Assembly (NCBI GenBank): GCA_020057405.1
Contig: JAGVFW010000003.1
Location: forward strand, 64,001 to 128,000
Direction of reading: 5' to 3'
Origin: an archaeon
GTDB taxonomy: Archaea; Micrarchaeota; Micrarchaeia; Norongarragalinales; UBA97
DNA length: 64,000 bases
A model generated the notes under the pieces. The model searched no databases. It was not told where the DNA came from and saw only the letters and a list, made by a program, of their open reading frames with translations. Position numbers and translations under genes: made by a program. This document shows positions 46,667 to 56,453 of this stretch, one piece after another (the first letter of the stretch is position 1; every line of letters starts with the position of its first letter).

Positions 46667-48586
46667 ATGCTTTTCTCCTCGTGGCTTTTAGCCGCGTCAG
46701 TCGCTCTTGCCTACGCCATTGCATGCAAGTCAAGCCGCCTCGAGTTCCTTGAGCGCGTAGCGATTGCAGTGCCGCTCGGCCTCGCCATCGGCACGTGGGT
46801 GGCCCTTGCCGCTTCGCTAGTTTTGCAGCAGACGAGCTGGATTTCGACCTCCGTTGCATCTGCGTTACTCACCATTGCCACCGCGCTTCTCCTTGCTGGC
46901 CAAAAAATCCCGAGCATCAAGTCGCTAAAGGAAACGGCCAACGAACACCGCGGCCTCATTGTGCTGCTTGCAATTGGCGCAGTCGGGTTCGGCCTGCTGC
47001 TCTCAACGCACGTGCTTGAGGAAAAAGACGGGGCAACCTACTCTGCCGGCAGCACTTGGGGCGACTTGGCAATCCACCTTTCCTTCATCAACTCTTTTGT
47101 GCGCGGGCAAAACGCATTGCCATCCGCGAACTTCCCTTCTGACCCGACTTATTCGGGCGCCAGGCTCTCGTACCCGTTTTTGCCGGATTACAACGCGGCC
47201 GCATTGATTGCGTCGGGAGCAAGCTTGCGGGCGGCAATAATCGCGCCAAGCCTCCTCCTCTTCCTCGCACTCATCGCGCTCCTTTACTTCCTCGCGCTCC
47301 GCTTTAGCGGCAAAAAAGAAGTTGCGCTCGTCGCGGTCGCGGTCGCCATATTTGCCGGCGGCATTGGTTTTCTGCAGTTTCCTGCCGACCTGGCGTCGTC
47401 AAGCTATGGCCTGCCGGAGTTTTTGGTGCATCTTTCGCACGACTACGTCCACTCTTCGGGCACGGGCCACGACTACTACTGGCTTAGCTTGGTAAACGAC
47501 ATCATCTTGCCCCAGCGATCGGCGCTCTTCGCGTTCCCGCTAAGCATTGCCGTGTTTCTCTTGCTCTGGACCGGCCTTGATGCAAACTCCCCTGACAAGC
47601 GAAACGCTTTTGCACTCGCAGGCGTTTGCGCCGGGCTGCTTCCGTTTTTGCAGGGCCACGCGTTTATCGCGGTTGGCATCGTGAGTGTTGCGGCAGCGCT
47701 GTTAACTGCCAAAAAGCCGTTCCAAAAGCAATTCAGCGACTGGCTTTACTTCTTCGCGCCGGCAGCGGTCTTGGGGGGTCCCCAAATGCTTTGGTTTGCC
47801 GGCCAGGCAAGCGCCTGGGGCTTCGCGCGCTTTTCGCCCGTGTGGCAGAACGCCGAGCCGTTCTCGTTTTGGTTTGCCAACCTCGGCCTCTTTGCCGTTC
47901 TTTCCCTTGCCGGAATCGCGTTTCTCAACCGCAAGCAAGGCGTTTTTTACGCCGGTTTCCTTGCCGTGTTCCTCGCAGCCAGCCTCTTGTCATTCCAGCC
48001 CTGGCCACAGGACAACACCAAGCTGTTCTACCAGTGGGTCTTTGCTGCGGCGATAGTCGCATCTCTTGCGGCGTTTAGGATTGGCGAACGGGTTAGCGGG
48101 GCTATTGGCAAGGGCGGGCTTGGAAAACTGGTGGGCGCGGCAACCGTTGCAGTCATCGTCATCGCCTTGATTGCCTCAGGGGCCTTGGCAGTGTTGCGCG
48201 AGTCGTCCCTCCACTACCAGTTCCACTCTGCAAACGACATTGCAATTGGCGAGTGGATTGCTGCCAACACGCCAAAGGACGCGATAATTTTGACTAGCGA
48301 CTGGCACGCCCAGCCTGCGGCGACGATTGCGGGCAGGCCTCTTGTGATGGGCTATCGGGGTTGGCTCTGGAGCCACGGCTATGATTACGGGCAGCGCGAA
48401 AAAGACGTGAGGCTCATGCTGACGGGCGGGCTAAACGCAATCGAACTGCTTGGGAAATACCACGTCAGCTATGCGGTAATCGGGCCGAGTGAACTGCGCG
48501 ACTATAGCGCCGACAAGCCGTTCTTCAACTCGCACTACACGCGCGTCTACTCTGCTGGCGGCTACGTCGTCTACAAAATCAGTTAG
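46667..48586 (+). CDS. GT-C-like membrane glycosyltransferase with C-terminal soluble domain
   Basis: WGDLAIH, YPFLPD, PQRSALF, WPQDNTK, GYRGWLWSHG; start reassigned to ATG 46667. Confidence 0.75.
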   Translation: MLFSSWLLAASVALAYAIACKSSRLEFLERVAIAVPLGLAIGTWVALAASLVLQQTSWISTSVASALLTIATALLLAGQKIPSIKSLKETANEHRGLIVLLAIGAVGFGLLLSTHVLEEKDGATYSAGSTWGDLAIHLSFINSFVRGQNALPSANFPSDPTYSGARLSYPFLPDYNAAALIASGASLRAAIIAPSLLLFLALIALLYFLALRFSGKKEVALVAVAVAIFAGGIGFLQFPADLASSSYGLPEFLVHLSHDYVHSSGTGHDYYWLSLVNDIILPQRSALFAFPLSIAVFLLLWTGLDANSPDKRNAFALAGVCAGLLPFLQGHAFIAVGIVSVAAALLTAKKPFQKQFSDWLYFFAPAAVLGGPQMLWFAGQASAWGFARFSPVWQNAEPFSFWFANLGLFAVLSLAGIAFLNRKQGVFYAGFLAVFLAASLLSFQPWPQDNTKLFYQWVFAAAIVASLAAFRIGERVSGAIGKGGLGKLVGAATVAVIVIALIASGALAVLRESSLHYQFHSANDIAIGEWIAANTPKDAIILTSDWHAQPAATIAGRPLVMGYRGWLWSHGYDYGQREKDVRLMLTGGLNAIELLGKYHVSYAVIGPSELRDYSADKPFFNSHYTRVYSAGGYVVYKIS

Positions 48587-48632
48587 CGCACAAAGGGGGT
48601 TTTAATTCCCTAGCCGACCAAATTTGGTTAAC

Positions 48633-48745
48633 GGGCCCGTAGCTCAGCCTGGATAGAGCGGCTGCTTCCGAATTCCTTCGGGGTCTCTGACTTTCCGGAT
48701 GAGGGAGACAGCAGCAGGCCGCGCGTTCGAATCGCGCCGGGCCCG
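48633..48745 (+). tRNA. tRNA-Arg(CCG) with intron (about 38 nt)
   Basis: GGGCCCG/CGGGCCC acceptor stem, GCTGC-TT-CCG-A[intron]A-GCAGC, GCGCG-TTCGAAT-CGCGC. Confidence 0.92.
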
Positions 48746-48790
48746 CCTCTTTACCCCTTTTTATTTCCGCGGCGCCACTATCCTATTGCT

Positions 48791-48916
48791 GGGCCCGTAG
48801 CTTAACCCGGACAGAGCGACTGGCTTCGAATGCCCCCAAGGCCGACTTCGACTTTAGGGAAAAAGCCGCCCGCAGGAGCAACCAGTAGGTTGTGGGTTCA
48901 AATCCCATCGGGCCCG
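48791..48916 (+). tRNA. tRNA-Arg(TCG) with intron (about 51 nt)
   Basis: GGGCCCG/CGGGCCC acceptor stem, ACTGG-CT-TCG-A[intron]A-CCAGT, GTGGG-TTCAAAT-CCCAT. Confidence 0.92.
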
Positions 48917-48943
48917 CTTTATTAATTTTAAGAACGTAAAAGA

Positions 48944-49690
48944 ATGCAAGCAATGGTCCTCGAGTACATAATTGCGGCAACAATCGTCGTCAGCCTAGTG
49001 TCATTAGTAGGCATCGTGCTGATTTTCAGAAAAGACTACGAGGGCCTCATCCTTCCGCTCGTCAGCTTCTCCGCGGGCACACTACTTGGCGCTGCGTTCC
49101 TCGACCTCTTGCCGGAGGCGCTTGAGGCAACCGGCACGCGCGAGGCACTCGGCATGGCGCTTGCGGGCCTCCTCGTCTTCTTCGCTTTAGAAAAGCTCAT
49201 CCTGTGGCACCACCACCACTCGGGGTCGCACGCAACCGAGAAGCCGGCTGGCTATCTTAACCTAATCGGCGACGGGCTGCACAACTTTTTTGACGGCATG
49301 GTAATTGCAGCCGCGTTTCTTACGAGCACTCCGCTTGGAATCGTCACCACAATCGCAGTCATTCTCCACGAAATCCCGCAGGAAATCGGCGACTTCTCGC
49401 TTTTGCTCTACAGCGGCTTTACGGTAAAGAAAGCCCTTGCGTATAACCTGCTTAGCGCCCTTGCGGCAGTTGCCGGGGCGCTTGCGTTCTACTACGCTTC
49501 TGGGGCAGTGTCGGGCCTGCAGGCTTTCGGCCTCTCGTTTACAGCAGGAATGTTCATCTACATCGCGCTTGCCGACCTGGTGCCAGAGCTGCACAAGGAG
49601 CACGGAGCCGGCAGTGCAGCCCAGCAGCTGGCCCTCATCACCGCGGGTGCGGCCGCGATTTACTTCATTGCCACCTACCTCGGCGTTTAG
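48944..49690 (+). CDS. ZIP family metal transporter
   Basis: HHHH loop, DGLHNFFDG, HEIPQEIGDF, FIYIALADLVPEL. Confidence 0.92.
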   Translation: MQAMVLEYIIAATIVVSLVSLVGIVLIFRKDYEGLILPLVSFSAGTLLGAAFLDLLPEALEATGTREALGMALAGLLVFFALEKLILWHHHHSGSHATEKPAGYLNLIGDGLHNFFDGMVIAAAFLTSTPLGIVTTIAVILHEIPQEIGDFSLLLYSGFTVKKALAYNLLSALAAVAGALAFYYASGAVSGLQAFGLSFTAGMFIYIALADLVPELHKEHGAGSAAQQLALITAGAAAIYFIATYLGV

Positions 49691-49776
49691 ACAATTACTC
49701 TACCTGCCGCTCCGGCACAAAACCAAGGGGCACACGCTTTTAAATCCTCAAGCGACTCTTTTTTGGAGGGATACAA

Positions 49777-50148
49777 ATGGAACAGCTTGCAAAACAACTT
49801 CGCGGAAAAGTAGTTTTCGCCTACATGCCCGACCACATGCGCGGAAAGCCCGGCGTAAAGATTGACCAGATCAGGGACAACGTAATTTACGTGGCACCAG
49901 CTGAAGGCTCGGAACTCACTAACGCACAACTTCACGACCTGATTGCCGGCCACATCAAAGAAAAACACGAGCGAAAAATCTCAGTGTCAATCCGCGAAAC
50001 GGGCATCATTGAAACAAACCACAGCCGACTGCTGCAAACCGACCCGGCCTGGAAACCACTCATGCGCACAAAATTCTTCAAAATATCGTCGTCCGGGCAC
50101 GATGGGGACGCGCTTCTTGAGGAACTGGCCAAGCGCCTTAATGCCTAA
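49777..50148 (+). CDS. Hypothetical protein
   Basis: 123-aa ATG ORF after TTTAAAT and a GGAGG RBS. Confidence 0.6.
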   Translation: MEQLAKQLRGKVVFAYMPDHMRGKPGVKIDQIRDNVIYVAPAEGSELTNAQLHDLIAGHIKEKHERKISVSIRETGIIETNHSRLLQTDPAWKPLMRTKFFKISSSGHDGDALLEELAKRLNA

Positions 50149-50221
50149 AGCGCCAACGCCAAAACCGTTTTTAATCCTCTTGAGGCAATAATTGCTTTAA
50201 CGATTAATTAGGCGAGTTTAC

Positions 50222-50476
50222 ATGGCACGCTACAAGATTGAATTTGACCGCGCCGGATGCATCGGGGCTGCTGCCTGCGCCGCAGTCTACCCTGAGAAGT
50301 GGGTGATGAAGGACGACGGCAAGCCCGACATGGTGGGCGCTGTTGAGGGAGCAGACAAGCAGGAACTAATTGTAGAGAACGAGGCGGAAGTGAAAAAGCA
50401 CATCGAGGCCGCCAAATCCTGCCCCGTGCTAGTCATCCACGTGACCAACCTCGACACTGGCGAGAAAATAATTTAG
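50222..50476 (+). CDS. Single-cluster ferredoxin (3Fe-4S-like)
   Basis: CIGAAAC ... AAKSCPV. Confidence 0.85.
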   Translation: MARYKIEFDRAGCIGAAACAAVYPEKWVMKDDGKPDMVGAVEGADKQELIVENEAEVKKHIEAAKSCPVLVIHVTNLDTGEKII

Positions 50477-50823
50477 GCAATCTTTGCGCCGTGTGCATCA
50501 AACCACGCGCGCAAGGCTTCTTTTGACTGCTCGCCTACGATGCGCTCGTTGTTTGCGGCAAGCCATGTTGGCGTACCCGTGATGCTATAAGTTTGCCAAA
50601 GCGAAGCGTCGGCACCTGCGTTCATCATTTTCACGCGGTAGCCCTCGGCCGCAAGCTCGGCGAGGATGGGCTTCATTGCAATGCAGTGCGAGCACGTTTC
50701 CGAGTAGAAGTACATCACGGGCGACTTGTCGTCGGCGTAAGGAGTCTTGGCACCCGTCGAAGTGAGGGCAAAGGCGAGTACGACTACGACGATTGCGCCG
50801 ATTACGATTAGCAGCTTGTTCAT
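50473..50823 (-). CDS. Exported thioredoxin-like protein
   Basis: Signal anchor, CSHC active site, GTPT cis-Pro loop. Confidence 0.85.
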   Translation of the reverse strand: MNKLLIVIGAIVVVVLAFALTSTGAKTPYADDKSPVMYFYSETCSHCIAMKPILAELAAEGYRVKMMNAGADASLWQTYSITGTPTWLAANNERIVGEQSKEALRAWFDAHGAKIA

Positions 50824-50861
50824 TGTAAATAGCTTTAACTCCCAGAGCTCTTAAAAACAAT

Positions 50862-51683
50862 TTGGTTGAGATGAGAAACGCCATTTTACTGCTTGCCGTC
50901 CTGTCGCTTGCCGTCTTTGCCAGTGCGTACGAGAATGAAACCAGCGGCGGGGCACTTTGCGGCGCTCCGGTGCCGACAGAATACACGCTGAGCGGTTTGC
51001 AGGCTGGCGGCCTGGCGGTCGCGTTTGTCATTGGCCTTGCGGCGCTTGCTGCCGCAGCGTTAAACTTCAAGCCGCTTGCGAAATACAAGACAACCGCCGT
51101 AGCGGCGGCAATGCTGCTTTGCATCGGCAGCGTGGGCTACTACTTCCTCGCAACTCCAGGCTACAACTCCCTTTTCGATTCTTTCGGCAAGGCCGGAAGC
51201 GTGCACTACCACGCCAACCTCCTCGTGATGATTAACGGAAAGCAGCTGAACCTCTCGCAGGACAAGTACATGAGCACGCTTTCCTCGCCCAAGAGCATGT
51301 TCGTGCACGTTCACGACGGGGAAGGCAGTGTCATCCACTACCACGCGCCCAACGTTCCACTTTGGTACTTCTTCCACATCAGCGGAATGTCGCTAACCTC
51401 CTCGTGCCTGCAAGTAGATGACAATACCTACTGCAGCGACTCAACCCACGTGCTGGAATTGTTCGTAAACGGCGGCCGCGTGCAAGACTTGGCTAACTAC
51501 GTCGCCCGCGACATGCACACCACGACAAACGAGGACAAGCTGCTTTTGTGGTACGGGCCCGACGACGCGGCGGCAATAGCGCAGGCGGAAAGCCAGGTTG
51601 CCAACCACTCGTGCTGGTACGACGAAACCTGCCCATTGCCGGAGGGCGTGACGCTGCCGCCCGAAAGCTGCTCGAGCGGCTGA
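50862..51683 (+). CDS. Membrane protein with a His-rich extracellular domain
   Basis: HYHA, VHVHDG, IHYH; TM helices. Confidence 0.65.
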   Translation: MVEMRNAILLLAVLSLAVFASAYENETSGGALCGAPVPTEYTLSGLQAGGLAVAFVIGLAALAAAALNFKPLAKYKTTAVAAAMLLCIGSVGYYFLATPGYNSLFDSFGKAGSVHYHANLLVMINGKQLNLSQDKYMSTLSSPKSMFVHVHDGEGSVIHYHAPNVPLWYFFHISGMSLTSSCLQVDDNTYCSDSTHVLELFVNGGRVQDLANYVARDMHTTTNEDKLLLWYGPDDAAAIAQAESQVANHSCWYDETCPLPEGVTLPPESCSSG

Positions 51684-51714
51684 AGGGAAAATAGTTTGGA
51701 AGCGAGCAACTGGA

Positions 51715-52443
51715 CTAGTGCAGGCCGGTAAACGCTTCGCGCCGCACGCGCTTCTTCTCAATGCCGGCACCTTCAAGCATAGTGCACATTGCGGCGACCA
51801 TTGTCGGCCCGGCGCAGACGTACCAGAGGCGCTGGCGGAAGTCGGGAACGTGCTTTTCAACAAACGCCAAGTCAATGCGGCCCTTGTTGCCATCCCACGG
51901 AACGGTGCTTTCCTGGGGACGCGTTATCGTGTGCACCATCTTGAGGTTAGGATTTGCTGCGCACGCTTCCTCTAGCTCGCGGCCGTAGGCGATGAATTCC
52001 GGCAGCTTGTTGCTATAGAGTAGAACCGCGTCAGTAGGCAAACGCTCGTCGTTGATGTGATCCATCATCGACTTGAAGGGCGTGATGCCTACCCCGCCGG
52101 CAATGAAGCCGACTTTCGGCGCGGTAGGGTCGAGAGTGAATGCACCGTAGGGACCTATGATGTTGACGCCGTCACCGTCCTTGACTTCCTTCCACTTGGC
52201 CTTGTAGGGAGAGGCAGTCATTTCCGCAAGCAAGTCGATGTAGGGCGCCGGGCCGACTGCCTTTAGGGGCGAGGAGGCGATTGAGAACGCCTTTGCCCCA
52301 ACGCCTTCGAAGGCAACCATGACGAACTGGCCGGGGGCAAACTCGAGGGACTGGGGCAGCTGAAGCCGCCAGTGGATGTTCTCCACTCCCTCAAGCCTAA
52401 CTTGGTCCGCCTTTGCCTGCAGTCGAAGAATGTTTAGTGGCAT
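51715..52443 (-). CDS. FAD/NAD(P)-binding oxidoreductase (ferredoxin-NADP reductase-like)
   Basis: PGQF, FSIASSP, GPYG.F, IAGGVGITP, YVCAGP, EAF. Confidence 0.9.
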   Translation of the reverse strand: MPLNILRLQAKADQVRLEGVENIHWRLQLPQSLEFAPGQFVMVAFEGVGAKAFSIASSPLKAVGPAPYIDLLAEMTASPYKAKWKEVKDGDGVNIIGPYGAFTLDPTAPKVGFIAGGVGITPFKSMMDHINDERLPTDAVLLYSNKLPEFIAYGRELEEACAANPNLKMVHTITRPQESTVPWDGNKGRIDLAFVEKHVPDFRQRLWYVCAGPTMVAAMCTMLEGAGIEKKRVRREAFTGLH

Positions 52444-52498
52444 CTAGTTTAACCCTCAAAAAGCCGTTTAATAGCTTTGGCCGCAAACAAATTAAAAC

Positions 52499-52780
52499 AT
52501 GGCTGTTGGAAAGGCCGTGCTCAAGGTGGTGGGAGGCAAGCTCTTGCGCGCCGAGGTAGAGCACGAGGAAGGCATCATCAAGCGAGTCAAGCTCAGCGGC
52601 GACTTCTTCCTCTACCCCGAGGAGGCGCTTGAGGCGATTGAACTCGACCTGCAGGGCGCCACAGTCGAGCAGGTTGCCGACAGAGTGAATGAGACTGCCA
52701 AGGCACTAAACGCCGAGCTAGTTGGCTTTAGCGCAAAAGACGTGCAGGCGGTTGTCGAAATGGCGGTGAGTTCATCATGA
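52499..52780 (+). CDS. Lipoate-protein ligase accessory subunit (LplB-like)
   Basis: KVVGGKLL...SGDFFLYPEE; overlaps lplA. Confidence 0.85.
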   Translation: MAVGKAVLKVVGGKLLRAEVEHEEGIIKRVKLSGDFFLYPEEALEAIELDLQGATVEQVADRVNETAKALNAELVGFSAKDVQAVVEMAVSSS

Positions 52781-53523
52781 AATGGCGGGTAATTCCGGTA
52801 AGCGAACGGCCGGGCGCGCTCAATATGGCCCTAGACGAGGCGGTAAGCGAGGGAGTCAAGGCCGGCACGACTCAGCCGACAATACGATTCTACTCGTGGA
52901 ACCCATCGTGCGTCAGCATCGGGTACTTTCAGTCAATTGAGGAGGAGGTCAACCTCCCCGAGTGCGAGGCCCGCGGCATTGATGTCGTCCGCAGGATTAC
53001 CGGAGGTGGGGCGGTCTACCACGACCGCGCGGGCGAAATCACTTACTCAGTCATCGCGCCGCAAGAAATGTTTCCGACAGGCATCATCGACAGCTACAAA
53101 GTCATTTGCGGCTGGATTATTGGGGGCTTAGCCGAGCTTGGAGTGCAGGCGGAATTCAAGCCCATCAACGACATTATCGCGGACGGCAAGAAAATCAGCG
53201 GCAACGCACAAACGAGGCGGGGCGGCGTGCTGCACCAGCACGGGACAGTAATCTACGACCTAGACGTTACGACGATGTTTACCGTCCTGCGGGTGAGCAA
53301 GGAGAAAATCAGCGACAAGCTTATTGCTTCAGTCGAGGAGCGCGTCACTTCGCTGCATAAAGTGTGCGGAGCCTCCCGCGAGCAGTGCTACGCGGCCATG
53401 ATGGCCGGCTTCACTGCCGGAAAAGAGTGGTCTCAAGGCGACTTTACCCCAACTGAGCTTGAGCGCGCAGCAGAGCTTGCGAAGGAAAAGTACTCCAGCC
53501 GCGAGTGGAACTTCAGCAAGTGA
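52777..53523 (+). CDS. lplA: Lipoate-protein ligase A catalytic subunit
   Basis: NMALDE, RRITGGGAVYHD, KKISGNAQ, QHGT. Confidence 0.92.
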   Translation: MKWRVIPVSERPGALNMALDEAVSEGVKAGTTQPTIRFYSWNPSCVSIGYFQSIEEEVNLPECEARGIDVVRRITGGGAVYHDRAGEITYSVIAPQEMFPTGIIDSYKVICGWIIGGLAELGVQAEFKPINDIIADGKKISGNAQTRRGGVLHQHGTVIYDLDVTTMFTVLRVSKEKISDKLIASVEERVTSLHKVCGASREQCYAAMMAGFTAGKEWSQGDFTPTELERAAELAKEKYSSREWNFSK

Positions 53524-53527
53524 ACGC

Positions 53528-54961
53528 CTACTTCTTTTTCGGCAGGTGAGTCGAGCTTCCTAGCGCCACTTCGCAGGCCTCCGAGAGTGCCTCTGGGAAG
53601 GTGGGGTGCGTGTGAATCGTGTTCGCTATGTCTTCAAGCATCAGCCCCGCCTCTACTGCGACTGCAACTTCGCCGATGAGGTCTGCAGCCGAGTGGCCGA
53701 CGATGGTGCCGCCAAGGACGGTGTGAGTCGCCGGGTCGGCGACGATTTTGACATAACCGCTTGGCGCGTTGCTCGCAAGAGCCCTGCCGAGGGCGCGGAA
53801 CGGGAACTTGCCGACAATGACGCTAGTGCCTTTTGCTTTTGCCTCGTGTTCTTGTAAGCCGACTGAGGCGATTTCGGGGTCGGAAAATACTACGGCTGGC
53901 ACGACTTTGACGTCGTAAACAACGTCGTGGCCGGCGATGACTTCGGCAGCGACCCTGCCTTGCCGGTAGCCGCGGTGCGCGAGCATGGGGTGGCCGGTGA
54001 CGTCGCCGATGGCGTAAATGTCCTCGTTGGAGGAACGTAGCTTGGCGTCAACCTTGATGAAGCCGCGCTCGTCAAGCGAGACGCCGGCGTGCTCAATGCC
54101 AAGGCCCTGCGTTGTCGGGTTGTGGCCAACCGCCACAAGCACTTTTTCCACGTGCAGTTCGCTAGTTCCACTGGCCCCGTTTGAGGAAAAGTGGATTGTC
54201 ACACCGCTTGCGTCAATGTCGCACTTTTCAGCCTTTGAGTTGAAGAAGAACTGCACGCCTAGGCCCTTTAGCTTCTCAAGCACCATGCTTGACGCCTCGG
54301 GGTCGCAAACGCTTAGGATGTGGTCGCCGTGCTCGATTACGCTGACTTTCGTGCCAAGCTTGGCGAAGACCGTACCGAGCTCGATGCCGACGTAGCCGCC
54401 GCCAAAGACCGCCATCGTGGCGGGAATCTTGTCAAGGGCGAGTGCCTCGCGCGAGGAGAGGATGTTGACTCCGTCGAAGGCGGCTTCGGCAAGCTTGCGG
54501 GGCGTGCTGCCTGTTGCGATGACCGCCTTTCTAAACTCGAATGCGCGCACGCCGTTGTCGGTGGTGACTGCAAGCCGCTTTTGCGACTGGAATACCGCCG
54601 TGCCTTTGACGATTTCGATGTTGTATTGCTTGAAGAGCGCTTCGAGGCCGGAATTGAGTTGGCGTATGACGCGGTTCTTCCACTCTTGCGTCTTGACCCA
54701 GTCAAGCTTGACCTCGCCCACCGTGATGCCCAGGTCGCCTAGGTGCTTGACCTCGTCGAAAGCCGAGGCGGCATGGATGAGGGCCTTTGAGGGAATGCAG
54801 CCGTGCAGGAGGCAGAGGCCGCCTAAGCCGCCGGGGCCGTCCTTGTCAACGAGAGTGACTTGCTTGCCAAGCTGCGCCAAGCGCAAAGCACAAGTATAGC
54901 CAGCGGGACCGCCGCCGATTACGATGATGTCAGCGCCTTCAGCAAGCTCGCCCATTACCAC
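53528..54961 (-). CDS. lpdA: Dihydrolipoyl dehydrogenase (E3)
   Basis: GGGPAGY, GGLCLLHGCIPSK, GGGYVGIE, HTHPTFPE. Confidence 0.95.
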   Translation of the reverse strand: MVMGELAEGADIIVIGGGPAGYTCALRLAQLGKQVTLVDKDGPGGLGGLCLLHGCIPSKALIHAASAFDEVKHLGDLGITVGEVKLDWVKTQEWKNRVIRQLNSGLEALFKQYNIEIVKGTAVFQSQKRLAVTTDNGVRAFEFRKAVIATGSTPRKLAEAAFDGVNILSSREALALDKIPATMAVFGGGYVGIELGTVFAKLGTKVSVIEHGDHILSVCDPEASSMVLEKLKGLGVQFFFNSKAEKCDIDASGVTIHFSSNGASGTSELHVEKVLVAVGHNPTTQGLGIEHAGVSLDERGFIKVDAKLRSSNEDIYAIGDVTGHPMLAHRGYRQGRVAAEVIAGHDVVYDVKVVPAVVFSDPEIASVGLQEHEAKAKGTSVIVGKFPFRALGRALASNAPSGYVKIVADPATHTVLGGTIVGHSAADLIGEVAVAVEAGLMLEDIANTIHTHPTFPEALSEACEVALGSSTHLPKKK

Positions 54962-54982
54962 GACAACCGCACCCCCGAAAGT

Positions 54983-54999
54983 TCATACTAATTCATACT
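54983..54999. promoter_or_regulatory. TCATACT-N3-TCATACT tandem site upstream of lpdA
   Basis: Exact heptamers at 54983 and 54993, between a minus-strand TTAAAAG box (about 55025-55032) and the start codon. Confidence 0.55.
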
Positions 55000-55054
55000 A
55001 GAGATAAGTTGGTAGTCGGGGAAAGCTTTTAAGCTTTCTTTGCGGCCCCTGCGC

Positions 55055-56425
55055 CTAGAGTTGGCTGCGCCAGTAGTCAGAGGGCTTTTGCAGTTCGCTG
55101 GCCACGATGGCCGCAAAGCGCGCCCCATCCCCACCGTCGATGATGCGGTGGTCGTAGGTGACGGTCAGGGGCATGATTTTTCTGGCGACGATTGCGCCGT
55201 TTACCACGCGCGGCAGTTCCTTGCTGCGGTAGAGGCCGAGGATTGCGGTTTCGGGGTGGTTGATGATTGGCGTTGCGCCATTGCCGCCGACGCTCCCGAT
55301 ATTCGTGATGGTAAAAGTGCTGCCGCGCATTTCATCCATTGAGGCTTTTCTCTCGCGGCCCCTGGCGGCAAGGTCGTTGATGCGGCGGGCGAGCTCAAAT
55401 ACGCCGAGCTTGTCGGCATCCTTGACGTTTACTACGATGAGACCGTCGGGAGTGTCAACCGCGATGCCCAGGTTGTAGTACTTTTTGTAGACAATCTCGT
55501 TCGTCATTTCGTCGAGAGAGGCGTTGAAGACGGGTAATTGCTTGAGGCCAACAAGCACGGCTTTTGCCGCAAACGGAAGGAGCGTGAGGTGGATGCCTTT
55601 TGCCGCCGCGTCGGCCTTTAGCGACTCGCGGAGGGCCCAGAGGTCGGTAACGTCGGCTTCCTCAAAGTGCGTCACTTGCGGTGCCTTTGAAATGCTCTCA
55701 AGCATTTTTCTCGCAACTGCTTTTCTAAGCGAGGACATTGAAACGCGCTCGACTGGGCCGTCAAGCCTAAGCGGGGTTGGTGCAGGGGCGGAGGGCATTG
55801 CAGCCTGCATTGCCGGGGAGGCAGCTGAAGGAGCGGCACTTGAACCGGACTGGATTGCCTTCTGCACGTCCTCTGCGCTGATGCGGCCGCCGTGGCCTGT
55901 GCCTACGACGCGGGAAATGTCAACGTTTAGCTGCCGTGCCAGGTTTCGCACTGCGGGAGTGGCAAGAGCGGAGCCAGAGGAAGGCGGCGATGATGCGGAT
56001 GCAGACGGTAGTGGTGCCACTGCGGGTTGTGCGGGCCGAGAACCGCTTATGGTGTAGTGGTCTTTTTCGCCTGCGACGCCTATGACGTGCTGGCTCGTGG
56101 CGGGCATTGGAACGACGTTGGCTAGCGACACGCCAGCGTGGCTCTCGCCTCCAAGCTGTGGGGGCACTGTCTCGCCTGGGTTGCCGATGACTAAGAGTAT
56201 TTGGCCGACCTTGACCATTTCACCTTCCTTGAAATAGAGCTTGAGCATGGTGCCGGTAGACGGGCACGGGAGTTCGACAATTGCCTTGTCGGTCTCGACT
56301 TCGCCGATTATGGCGTCGGCCTTGACAACGTCGCCGTCCTTGACTAGCCACTTGACAATCTTGCCTTCGTGGACGCCTTCACCAAGATCCGGAAACTTGA
56401 AAACAAATGCCATTTTTCCCACCAA
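55055..56425 (-). CDS. pdhC: 2-oxoacid dehydrogenase E2 (dihydrolipoamide acyltransferase)
   Basis: Lipoyl ETDKA, ATPAVR...GTGHGGRI binding domain, TYDHRIIDG. Confidence 0.93.
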   Translation of the reverse strand: MVGKMAFVFKFPDLGEGVHEGKIVKWLVKDGDVVKADAIIGEVETDKAIVELPCPSTGTMLKLYFKEGEMVKVGQILLVIGNPGETVPPQLGGESHAGVSLANVVPMPATSQHVIGVAGEKDHYTISGSRPAQPAVAPLPSASASSPPSSGSALATPAVRNLARQLNVDISRVVGTGHGGRISAEDVQKAIQSGSSAAPSAASPAMQAAMPSAPAPTPLRLDGPVERVSMSSLRKAVARKMLESISKAPQVTHFEEADVTDLWALRESLKADAAAKGIHLTLLPFAAKAVLVGLKQLPVFNASLDEMTNEIVYKKYYNLGIAVDTPDGLIVVNVKDADKLGVFELARRINDLAARGRERKASMDEMRGSTFTITNIGSVGGNGATPIINHPETAILGLYRSKELPRVVNGAIVARKIMPLTVTYDHRIIDGGDGARFAAIVASELQKPSDYWRSQL

Positions 56426-56453
56426 CTCTGATTGTTTAACAACTTAAGCGAAT

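Noticed and set aside
48672-48709. Box C/D guide RNA in the tRNA-Arg(CCG) intron
   Set aside because: CTGA and GATGA are present, but the intron is too short and the boxes are incomplete and in reverse order.
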